The position numbers and the translations under genes are program-made. From Piromyces finnis finn (taxonomy: Eukaryota > Fungi > Neocallimastigomycota): a DNA stretch of 64,000 bases. The notes beneath the pieces were generated by a model. It was not told the origin of the DNA, did no database searches, and was given only the letters and a program-made list of their open reading frames with translations. Where the stretch lies: NCBI GenBank assembly GCA_002104945.1, contig MCFH01000008.1, forward strand, positions 496,001 to 560,000, read 5' to 3'. Position 1 is the stretch's first letter. Every line of letters begins with the position of its first letter. Positions 14,238 through 26,453 of this stretch are shown here, in pieces.

Positions 14238-14877
14238 TTAATATATTTTAAGAATAATTGTTTTAATTTCTAAGTATAAGTTATACAAAATTATATATCA
14301 AATTATATATAATCTTTATATAAATAGTTATTTGAAATTGAATTAAAATTAAAATAATATTACTAATAATTAAAATAAAAATAAAAAGAAGAAACCTTTT
14401 TATATTTTTTTGAAATATATTAATAATATAATAATTATATAAGTAAATTTAATTTAGTAGTAATAAGTATTTTTAAAAATTTGAAAAAAAAGTAGATAAA
14501 TATAATATTGATATATATATTATAATAATTGAGGAGTATTCATTATTCGATATACAAGAAACTAATATTACAAAAATAATAAATTCGAATACTATCTTTT
14601 ATTTTTGCTATTATTGTTAGGGTAAAGAAAAAATTAGGAGTATGAAGGTATGATAAAATAAAGTATTATAAGTAAATGGTTAAAAAAGAAAATTTTATTT
14701 TGAAATGATTTATAATTTGTTAATGATTATTTCTCTTTTTCATATTTTTTACTATTTATTAACAATGCATATATATATTAAACACAAAATACTTTACGAT
14801 AAATATTAATATAAATGATAACTAAATCATTAATAAAGAAAAAATAATAATAATAAATGTAAAATATAATACAAAAA

Positions 14878-17032
14878 ATGAATTTTAACACGATAAATAA
14901 AAAAAATAGAAATTTAAATCAAACGAGTCATATTTATATTCTATCTGAAAATAATCCTCATAAAAATAAAATATATAATTATCAAAAAAAACCTAATTCA
15001 TCTTCAAAGAATAATAAAATAAATGATGAAAACCCTATTAATACATATTACTATAAAGAAAAAGAGGAAAATAAAGAAAATCATAATGATAATAAACAAG
15101 AAAATATGATAGAATTTATTAACAAATTACAAAATAAAAAAGGGGATAAGATTTTCGGTTCATATAAAAAGAGTAACTTTTTAAATAATCAATATTCTAT
15201 TGAACGTTATTATAAGTACAATAAAATTGTTAATCGTATCAAAATGGAAGATGAACAAATTAAAAAAAAAAATAAATATTATTCTTCTCCATTACAAAAT
15301 CTGGACTCGAGTGAATCAGATACAATTCAAAAAAAGCAAGAAAAACAAAAAATATCTCACTTACGGGAACGTTCGTCGTCTCCAACTCGTAAGAAAAAAG
15401 ATAAAGATAAAAAGAAAACAGAAGAACTAAAACCAATAATTGTTTCACCTCCCTCTCCAAGATACAACAATCTCAATCATAATAATACAATATATAACCA
15501 AACCTTTCAATATAGTAATGATTACAAAAAAAATGACTATATTTCACCACCACAATCTCCTGTTCCTGTTCTTTCAAATGATGACGTAAACAAAAATCAT
15601 AAAAAGAAAAAAAATAAAAACTTGACAGAAAATAGAAAAAAAGAAAGTAAAGATGAAAAACAAAAACAAAATAATGTTAAAAAGGGGAGAAAGAATAAAG
15701 AATTAATAAATAATAATGTCAAAGTAACAACAGAAAAATTAAATGATAAACGAAATATAAAGAAGGATATAAAAGTGGATAATATTTCCTCTTCACCAAT
15801 TGATAAAAATTATGACCGAAAGTTTTATTGTTCATCTCCAATTAAATGTCAAAGTCAAAAACAATCTAATAAAATAAATAATATTAATACAGATTTCTGT
15901 AATAATGAAAAACATTGGTATAATAGTACTACTAATCCTAATCGTTTTCATGAAGGAATATTTAAGCATAAGGAAAGTAAAAAAAAGCATAATAATCAAA
16001 TCTCTCGACATGATAATGAATACAGTCATTCATTTATAAAAGATGATAATAAAAATTTAAAAAATGATTGTCAAATTCCTAATTTTAAATATTCCAAAAA
16101 TATAAAGTATAATACTAATACGAATACGAATAAAAACGGATTAATTAATGATAATTGTAGCAGCAATAAAAATAAAGATGATAAAAATAATGAGGTCAAT
16201 TTAACTAATAAAAATAACAATGTTAAAAATAGAATAAATAAAAAAAATAAAAGTAAAGAAAAAAACAAAGATAAAAGTAATGATAATAATAAAATAAAGA
16301 ACGAAAATTGCAATAATAATTGTAATAATCTCAGTAACAATAAACATAATAACAATAGTGATTATGACAATTACTATTATAATAATAATAAAAACGATAA
16401 AAATAAAAATAAAATTGATTTAAATAATCATTTTGAAAATAAAACTATGAAAAAAAATAATAATAAAATTGATATAAATAATCATCTTGAAAATACAGCT
16501 ATGAATAATAATAATAAAATAAAAAGTAATAATTATACCAACCCTAATTATGATAGTAAAGATAAAAATATAAAAAGTATAAAAATCCAAAGAAAAAATA
16601 ATATCATGAATCAAAATAATCAAAATCAATTATATCTAAATGGATCTATTTCAAATTCTATTATATCTAACATTAGTTTATGTTCTTCAATTTCATCTTT
16701 GAATAATTCTTATCTATACCCATTAAATCATTATTATTTACCTACTACGTCTGTAACACCTGCAATTTCATTTTCTTCTAATTGCAATGTTAATCACAAA
16801 GAGTTAGAAAATAATACTAAAGAAATTTTAAGAAAAGAAGAAATAAAGATGAAGGCACTTAAAAATTCAAGATCAAAAATTATAAAACATCCTTCAGATT
16901 CTATTGATACTAAAAATCCTAAAGGAAGGCTAAAAAATAAAATAAGTTTTAATTTATTTAATAATTTAATAGATGACCAAAATGGTAATCTGAATTTAGA
17001 TTATGCTAATAATACTGCTCAGAATAATAATG

Positions 17033-17073
<41 letters not shown>

Positions 17074-17671
17074 AATAATAATAATAATGAAAAACTCACT
17101 AATTCTAATATTTTAAATAGGGAAAATGAGGTATAATTAAACATATTATTAATATATATTAATCCTATTTAAATATTATTATAGAAATATTTGATACTTT
17201 TGAAAGATATTTAAAAATTTATTATTATTTTTTAAATTATATTTTTAGAATAAATCATTCATTGATGTAATTATTGATAAATCTAATCATAAAAATGAAA
17301 TAGATTTATCAGAGTTAGAAAAAGGTAACTACTTTAAAAAAAATTTCATATTTTATAATTTATAAATGTTTATAATCAATAAAATTATATTTATATAATT
17401 ATTTATTATCTTATTTAATCCATTCAAGATTCCATATATTTCAATTCTAGTGAAACAATGACAAGCGACTTAATACTTAATGAATATAATTTAAGTATTA
17501 GCAACTCACCTATAATTAATGAAACTAATGAAGAAAATGATGATATATTAAAAGAAGAGTTTGATTATTTATCGTTAATTCAACCTACTGGTAATAATAA
17601 AACTTTTTTAATAATAAATAAAAATAATAAAGAAAAATTTTAATTCTTAATGATTAATAATAAGTATTCTT

Positions 17672-17703
<32 letters not shown>

Positions 17704-20700
17704 TATATAATTTATTTTAATGAACAATAGAATCAACAGAGATTATTTATCAAGAAAGTTTTAAACAGGACGATAATGTTATCAATAAAGATATTTCAAA
17801 TAATAATAATAAAATCATTATATATGATGGTAACATTCAAAACGAGGAGTATAATAAATATTATATTGAAAATGATAAAAATAATAAAAACTCAATGATT
17901 GTAGATACAATTAAAAGAAATTCAAATAATATTACTGACTTGAAAGAAAAAAGTAATATTATTAAAAATGTATTGAGTAAATCTAATACAAAAATATGTT
18001 TACTAGACTTACCATGCTGCAGTACTACAAAAGTTTTCCTTCAAACAGAATTTAAACCAAAAGAGAAGAAAATTAAACCAATATCACGAAAAGGGAAAGA
18101 ACCTGCTGATTCTTCATACGATTTAAATCTTTCTGATTGTTTTATTAATCCAGATAATCATAGTTTTCATACAAATAGTAAAATTGAATATAAAAATAAT
18201 ATTAATAATACTAATAATATAATCAGCAACAATAATATAAATATTGATGATAGCAATAAAAATACTGATAATAATATTTATAACACAAAGGAAATTAATG
18301 ATTTTAGTGATAAAATTAATAATGACAATAAAGAAAAAAATGTCGATATAGAAAAAAATATTCAAGATGATATTTCTCAAGAATTTGAAGATCCTAAAAG
18401 TTACACCGAAAGTTTAAGTAGAATTTCAGTAGTAAATATTTCATCTAGTAATAATATTATGGATTCAGACTTTTCTTATAATTCAAATTATATTGAAAAC
18501 AATAGTTTTTCAGAAGAGATAATTCAAGAAAAACAGCTCAGTAAAATTAATGAAATAAAAAATAAATTATACAACACTGAAAACATTGATATAAATCCGC
18601 ATATGTCTAAATCTGATGGTAAATATTATTTACTATTTAAATAAAGAATAAAGATTAACTAAAAATAATTTTATAATTGATACTTTAAATTATCACTTAA
18701 CGTTTAACACTATTATTAATAATTTATTTATTTTATATATATTACAAAGAATTAAATAGTAATAATAACAATGATGTTGGACCTACCGATAATAACAGAG
18801 TTATATTTAATAATCATCCAAAATATACTGTGGATATAAAATACCCTTCAATTGATGAAAATAATACCTTCTTGAATTATAAAATAAATCATAGAAGAGT
18901 TCAAAGTTGTTCCCCAGAAATTTTACCAGAAATAAACAATAATAATGAATATCATCCTCATTCTATTAATATAATATCCTATAAAGCGAATGATTCAACG
19001 GAAATTATTAAACCATTTACTCCAAATAATAATTATATTAACAATGAGTCTACAGATAATCAAGGCCAAAATGCTGACGCTAATGCTGATGAAGATAATG
19101 ATAATGATATAGTAAAAAGCAATTATGATCATTCAATAGTTACAGACGAGGAAGATAACATCAGTAAAAATCGTGAAGGGCAACAACAACAACAACAACA
19201 ACATATTTCAATATTTTCAGTCATTGAAAATGATGATATTAATATCAAACGATATGTTAAAACTAAAAAGAGTTTAAGCTATAGTCCAAATATTAATAAT
19301 AATAGCAGTATTAATAAAAAAGAATTATTTAAAAGGAAAAGGGTTACTATTAATGAAATTAATAATAATAAAAATACTATTCAAAGTATTTTGAAAAGTC
19401 ATGAAAATATAAAGAAAGAATTTACCAGTTCCAATAAAAAAGTGACAATTAAAGAAGATATTAAATCCAATGATAAAAGTATGGATTTAAATTTTCAAAA
19501 GCAAGATGAATTTTATTTACTAATAAATAGTAATGCTAATTCAATTAAAAGTAGTGAAGAAACAGATGATGATGAGGATGATGATTATTTAACATTTATT
19601 GTTAAAGAAAAAAGGGATACTAAAAAAATTCAAAATATTCAGGTTATACCAAATAGAGGAGCACTTAGCATAAAAATTAATATAAATAATAAGGATGATA
19701 AACTGAATTATAAAACGAAATTTCCTTCTGAATATAATAAAAAATTAATTAAAAATAGTAATAATGCTAAAGAAGTTACCCATAAACCTTATAAAAATAT
19801 TTTAAGTCATAGTTACGATGAAAGTTTAAATATAAGTAATGATGACTTTAATATTGTTATTGAAAGATACAGTTTTGACGATATACTCTTACCACCTTCA
19901 AGAGTAAGTTCAATGAAAAAAAATTCTCTTGTGAGAAATACTTTAATAATAGATAAATTAAAATCAGAAAATAATAATAGGGAGGATGCTAATAAAACTT
20001 TAGAAATAGTCTCTAATGATGAAAATGAGAAAAAACATAGTGATGGAAAGGAAAAAGAGACAAAAATGAGTAGATCCAATTCAAATAATGACAAAAATAA
20101 ACAATTAAAGGTTAAATGGGATAAAAATTATATGGAAAAGCCCAATAATGTTAACAATAATAATGATAATGATCATATTCTTAGAAATAAATCTAAACAT
20201 ATTTCATTAAATTTTGATAATAGATCACAATCCATAAATCAATCCCTTCTTTCACAATTTATTTCATCAAAAATAAATAATTTCGAAAATACTAAAGATT
20301 CCACCTTTTTATCATCATTAAATCAAAAGAATACATCAAGATTTAATGGTAGCATTGATACTTCACCTGTATTTGATCCAAATGATAATAATAAAAAGGA
20401 TGCAACTTCTATAATATTAAATTCTTCTTCAAATAATAACAATAATAATAATAACAATAATAATAATAACAATAACAACAATAATAATGAAGAAGATATT
20501 GTATTAAATCCACCATCTTATCTTGATATTGCCATGCCATCAAGAACATTATCAAAAAAGAAGAAAGGTACTATTGATTTAAACAATAATTTAAGAGAAC
20601 AAGTTATAAAGGAAATAATTAGTTCGGAAAAATATTATGTAAATCAATTAAATATTCTAGATACTATATATATTGATCCTATGTCTCGTTTAGGTCTTCT

Positions 20701-22210
20701 GACACCTGAAGAAAATTCTATTGTCTTTTCAAATATTAAAGCTATTTTAATGTTTCACAGGGATCATTTATATCCAAATATGGTAACAGAAGGAGAAAAA
20801 GATGAAAAAGAATTTGGAAAAATGATTCTTTCTTATCTATCCTTTTTCAAAATATATTCAGAATATTATAATAATTTTGAAAAATCTGTTAACTTCATTG
20901 AAAATCTAAGTGCTAATATTCATAATGTTATTCGTCGTCGAAGAATTAAATCCTATTTAAAATCTATTAAAACTCACCCGGATCATTCCCAAATTAGTTT
21001 ACAGGGTTTTTTAATTTTACCAGTCCAACGTTTGCCTCGTTACCGTTTATTGTACAGAGAATTGATTAGATATACACCCTCTACTCATCCAGATTATAAG
21101 TGTTTAAAATCAGCACTAAATAAATTTGAAAAAGTAGTATCAGAATGTAATGAAAGAAAAAGAGAATGGGAAAGTACAGAACGTGGATTCCAATTATTAA
21201 GAAAAGCAGTAGATGATTTTGTTGGATATGATGTAAATACTCGTCATTTAATTAATGGTAGATTCCTTAAAAGTGATATATTATATGTTCAAAAAATGTT
21301 TTATCGTTCATCCATATCTTCATCTTCAAAACTTAATAATGCCAATAATTTTACTTTAAAAAGCTTAACAAAAAGCAACAGCAATTTAAAGAACTATCCA
21401 AGTTCAGATCTGGTGAATCAAGCATGGATTAATCAAATATATACTAAAAAAGGAAACAACAATAATAATGTTGTCATCAACAAATGGAAGCAATTAATGA
21501 AAGAAGTTATCATTAAACAAAATTATCTTTTCTTTTTGTTCGGAGATTGTCTTGTTCAATGTACTGTTAAAAATGGTACATTAGCTGATAATATTGCTAC
21601 ATTTAAAGATGATGAAAATATTAGAATTCTTCGTGTCATTAAATTTGATCATAAAAAACAAAAGAACCCACCAGCAAAACTTCTTTCTCCAAATTCATCA
21701 AATACTATAACTTCTGGAGAAACTACCCCATTAAATACTCCTAGAGGTAGTCGAATTATTATCGATAGTAATACATCAAATAAATTGAAAAGTCCGTACG
21801 CATCCAATGAAGATTTGATTACTGAACATATTTATATAAATAATGAACACAACAACAATAACTCTAATAATAATGGTTATAATGATAACTTAAATAATGT
21901 TAAAATTGAAAATAACCAAATATACAATAATAATTTTAATATTGATATTAATGATATGGAGAAAGAAATAAATTTATATAACCTAAATTTTAATTATAAT
22001 ACAAAAACTCGTAATAATCAACATGACATTAGCCCTAATAATAATACATTTATTCCATTTTCAATGTTTCGTTCTCTTTCTACACCATTTTTATCTAATC
22101 AACAACATTTAAATAATAATGAAAATGAAATTAATAATTTTTATGATTTAGATTTATTTAATAATAATAATAATAACAACAACAACAATAACAACAACAA
22201 CAACAACAAC

Positions 22211-22246
<36 letters not shown>

Positions 22247-22447
22247 CAAAATAATAATAATAGTAATAACAATGGTAATAGTAATAGCAATAGTAATGAA
22301 GAAATTTCATATGATGATGAAAAAGAAAACAGCCATAACATTGTATTAAGAGTAGCAAGTGAAAACACAATCTTATTTATTGCTGGATTAAAAAGTGAAT
22401 TAAAGGAATGGTGTAAAATGATTAATGAAGCATGGCTATTAAATTGA
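14878..22447 (+). CDS. Giant Rho guanine-nucleotide exchange factor (DH + split PH) with a very long Asn/Lys-rich N-terminus, about 2358 aa
   Basis: The ORF-track pieces join with consistent phases: exons 14878-17130, 17249-17324, 17429-17590, 17731-18618, 18750-22447 (7077 nt). DH motifs: REQVIKEIISSEKYYVNQL and SLQGFLILPVQRLPRYRLL. PH-like end: VLRVASENTILFIAGLKSELKEWCKMINEAW. Confidence 0.85.
22160..22290 (+). repeat. Coding (AAT/AAC)n microsatellite encoding poly-Asn inside the GEF PH region (other such tracts near 17025-17090 and 20430-20490)
   Basis: Run of AAT/AAC codons translating to more than 25 consecutive Asn. Confidence 0.9.
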
Positions 22448-23322
22448 TAAATAAATATTATCTCAAAATAAAATTTATATAATATTTACAATGATTTTTA
22501 ATTGAATAAGTAAAAATAATAATAATTATAATATTTAATTTATAAGTATTATTCAACAATGAAACAATCTATTAAGGAATCAGTAAAGATTTAAATAATA
22601 TATTAATCATTTTTAACTTTTAATATAAATGTAAATATTTAAATTGTAATATATAATATCTTTTATTATAAGATATTACCAATACATTGTTGTATTAATA
22701 TTTATGATGGTAATAATAATAATTATTATTATCTTTTTTTTTCCTTTTTTTTTTTAAAAAAAAAAAAGCATCTATTTTATTATTAATAGTGTTATTTTAA
22801 GCGCGAATCATTTATATTAATACATTTGTTTATTTTTGTTTTTTTTTCTTTTTGTGAAAAAAAAAAAAAAAAGTATTTTAAGTGAAATATCGATTAACCC
22901 GAACAATAAAATATTTAAAGTGTACAAAAAAAAATAAATAAAAATTTAATTTTTGAAATATATAGTTTATTATATTTCTTTTTTTTTTTTTTTAACAATT
23001 ATTTATTTTAAGAGATTAACATATTCTTTTTACTCTCATATAAAAAAAAAAAAAAAAAAAAAAAAAAATATTTTGTAATGTTTGATATTTTATAAGGAGA
23101 TTACAAATTTCCTTTTTTTTTTATTTCTTTAAAATATATAATTTAACTTTTAAATACATTATAATATGTTAATATATAATTATATTTAATTATATTTGGT
23201 ATTACAATAACATGATAAAATAATAGTAAATAATAAAAATAAAAAAAAAAAAAAAAGAAAATAGAAATCTAACTTCTAGTTAGATTATTGAATTATATAT
23301 TAACTTTACTTTATGTATTGTT

Positions 23323-23355
<33 letters not shown>

Positions 23356-24426
23356 CATACAATAAAAAAAAGATATATATGAAAAAAAAAAAAAAAAAAA
23401 GTTATATATAAATATTTATATATTTTCATATAATCTCATTCTTTATTTCTTTTATTTATGAAGTACTTAAATAGAAAAATTAATATAAAAATGTTTAAAA
23501 AAAGTTATAATAAAAAGGTTTAAGGTAGAAAATAAAATAAAGAAAAAAAGATTCAAATGAAATGAAATTATTTATATATATAAAGGATAAAATAAATATA
23601 TATAAATTAAGGATGTATTCTATTTATATATAAATATAAATATAAAATAACTATATATACTTAAAATATATAATCAAATCATGATTATTATTATTATATT
23701 ATTATTATTATTGTTGTTAAAAATAAAGAACAATAGGTAATAAACTAGATCATACTAGTTAGATAATAATTATATTAAAAGTATATTAAAAGAATATCAA
23801 TATTCTTCTTCCTTTGTTCTTTACTTTTTTCTTTTCTTTTTTTTCTTTTTTTTTTTTAAAAAAAAATATATTATAATATATTATAATATATATTTTAATT
23901 ATTTCTACATCCTTCCTTATATTTATTTTTCCTTAAGCTTTAATGTATATATTTTTTTTTTTTTGATTATAGTTAAATTATATACTTTTTTCATTTGCTT
24001 TTACTTTTTTTTTTTTTTTTTGATTTGTTATATTAAATATTGTTTTTTGTTTTTTTGTTAATATTTTTTTTACTGTGTTATTATAATATCCTTATTATTG
24101 CTATTTTAATATAGAATAATAATAATAAATGAATAAAATAACGATATACATAAAATAACAATATATATATTGCTATTTTATGTATTTTATTTGTTTATTA
24201 TTTTTATTAACATTATTGCTGCTTATTTTTATGGTGTTAATTATTTTGTTTGTTTATTTTTAATTTATTGATACTTGTATGCTATATTTATAATAATTAT
24301 TTTATTATTATTTTAATTATATATGCTATAATTTTACTGTATAATTTATGAATTTCATTTCATTCCTTTTTTTAAATATATTTTAATTGTTAATTATGAA
24401 TCTTGTGTTTTAATCAATGAAATAAA

Positions 24427-26453
24427 TTATTTCGAAATTGTTTTTTTAACTGGTCTTGATGATGTATTACCATTGAATACTCTTCTATAACTTACTACGA
24501 TGCAACCAATAAAAATACAAAGCATTGCAAACCAAAATTGTAAAAATTTCCATGCTGATTGTGACCTTGATAATTCAGTCTTTGAATAATCTAATTTTTC
24601 TATTGCTTCTTTACAAGTATTATATATATTCATAAAACCGGAACGATCACGAAGTTTAATTAATGAATTAGTTTCCTCATCTTCTTCACCAGTACTTTTT
24701 AATGGTACTAATGCTGAATATCTTTTTCTACTAATTGCTGTTCTCTTTGCTCTTGCTCTCATAACTCTAGAATGTGAACGGTGGGTATTTTTTTGATGGC
24801 TAAATCTATTAAGCCTTATCTTACCACATTTATTACATGGCTTATCTCTTAAAACAATTTCTCTTGAATTAGCACCATCAGTATCTTCATCTCTTTCATC
24901 TATACGATTTATTCTACCTTGCAATACAACAACATTTTCATCATTATCATATGATGGAGTAACAGTACAAATATCATTTTCATATGATAATGGTTGAATA
25001 TGACGTAAATGATGACGATGATGGTGTCCATTTCTACTATTACGATAACCAATTATTTCTCTTTCTTCAATTTCTTCTTCAATGTTAGCCTCTTCACCTT
25101 CATTAGAATGACGAATAATGCGGCGGCGGCGAATTTTACGACTACGGCTGCTTTCTCCTTGGCTATCATTTATTTCTTCACTGAGTTTTAATTTTTCATT
25201 TAATTTATCATGAGAATTATGATAATCAAAATCTTCATCTACATCAAAATTTGAAGAACGACTTTTTAAACCCATTTGAGCTGCTTTTATTAATTTTATA
25301 TCATCATGATAAGAATTTAATGAAGCTTCCAATACAGAAACTCTTTGAAGTTCCTGTTCATATAATTCTTTATATTTATTACAATCCTCTGCTTCTTGTT
25401 TCCATTTAGCAATTTCATTTTGTAACATTGAGCCACCATTCATAGCGTCCATCAATTCATTTTCTAATACCTTTTTTTTTATTTCAAGTTTATTTACAGT
25501 ATTGGCTAATTTGTTTTTATTATCAAAAAGTTGAGCAATCATCTTTTCAGTATCTTTTTCACTCATTTCATTTATTCTTTTTGAAGATTCTTTTTCTTCT
25601 AACAATATACGTTTTTCATTTTCAAGATCACGATTCATTGTTTGTAATTCAGAAAGTTCATTTTGTAATTGATCTAATAAATTTTCAAGAAGAACAATTC
25701 TCTTTGAATTTTGTTGTTCATTTTGTTTGAGACTTTCTTCTAATTTCTCTACTTGATTTTGTAATCTATAATTAGTTTCTTCTAAGTTATCGGTATAAGA
25801 ATCAATATCATATGAATCAGAACGAGAAATTGGTTTTTTACCACTGTTACGCATTGAGTTGGAATTTGGTATTGGATCATCAAAACATACAGTGCTATTA
25901 GTTCTTGGATTCATTGTCATTGGACTTTGACTACCATAGGATCCATAATAATCATCAGCATTGATTTGTTGTGATGCCTCTAAATTATCATCATCTCTAA
26001 AACCTTGTAAATTATTTTTCTGATTTTCTGAAATGATTTTTAATTGATTTTGCATACTAACATTAGCATCTAATAAACTTTGTCCAATTTGAGCAGCTAA
26101 TAATAAATCTATTTTTTTTTAGTTATTATTATAAATAAAAATATTAAAATTAATTTTTGTTGGATTGTAAAATCAAATAGATATTTCTGATTTATAATAT
26201 ATATTAATTCATTAATAAATTATATAATACCTCTTTCTTTAACTTTAATCAATTGAATTAATTTATTAGCTTTGTTTCTTAAATTAGTTGGATCTATGTC
26301 TTCTTTTGCTAAATATTCTTCAATTTCAGAAATATCTTCTTCACTAACATCTAATTGTTCTTCACTATTGTCTTGATGATTAATATTGTCATCCATAGAA
26401 CTTAATGAAGAAATAATATTATCTTGTTCAGTAGAAGAATCTGTTGTTAACAT
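24427..26453 (-). CDS. Long coiled-coil protein with an N-terminal CC1-box-like motif and a C-terminal transmembrane helix (candidate tail-anchored motor adaptor)
   Basis: Exon 26453-26231, intron, exon 26108-24427. Splicing yields ..KVKERDLLLAAQIGQSLLDAN.., then heptad-rich LEETNYRLQNQVEKLEESL.., SMLQNEI, and the TM segment WKFLQFWFAMLCIFIGCIVVSY followed by a short basic tail. Confidence 0.8.

Noticed and set aside
15200-20094. Several antisense or alternate-frame hydrophobic ORFs overlapping GEF1 (similar ones at 50370, 54315, 57097 and 62468)
   Set aside because: Shadow ORFs of K/N/S-rich coding sequence.
22158-22370. Antisense poly-Tyr/poly-Cys ORF
   Set aside because: It is simply the reverse complement of the poly-Asn microsatellite in GEF1.
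24427-24570. KASH-domain call for the tail-anchored protein
   Set aside because: The post-TM tail (RRVFNGNTSSRPVKKTISK) lacks the terminal PPPx motif.
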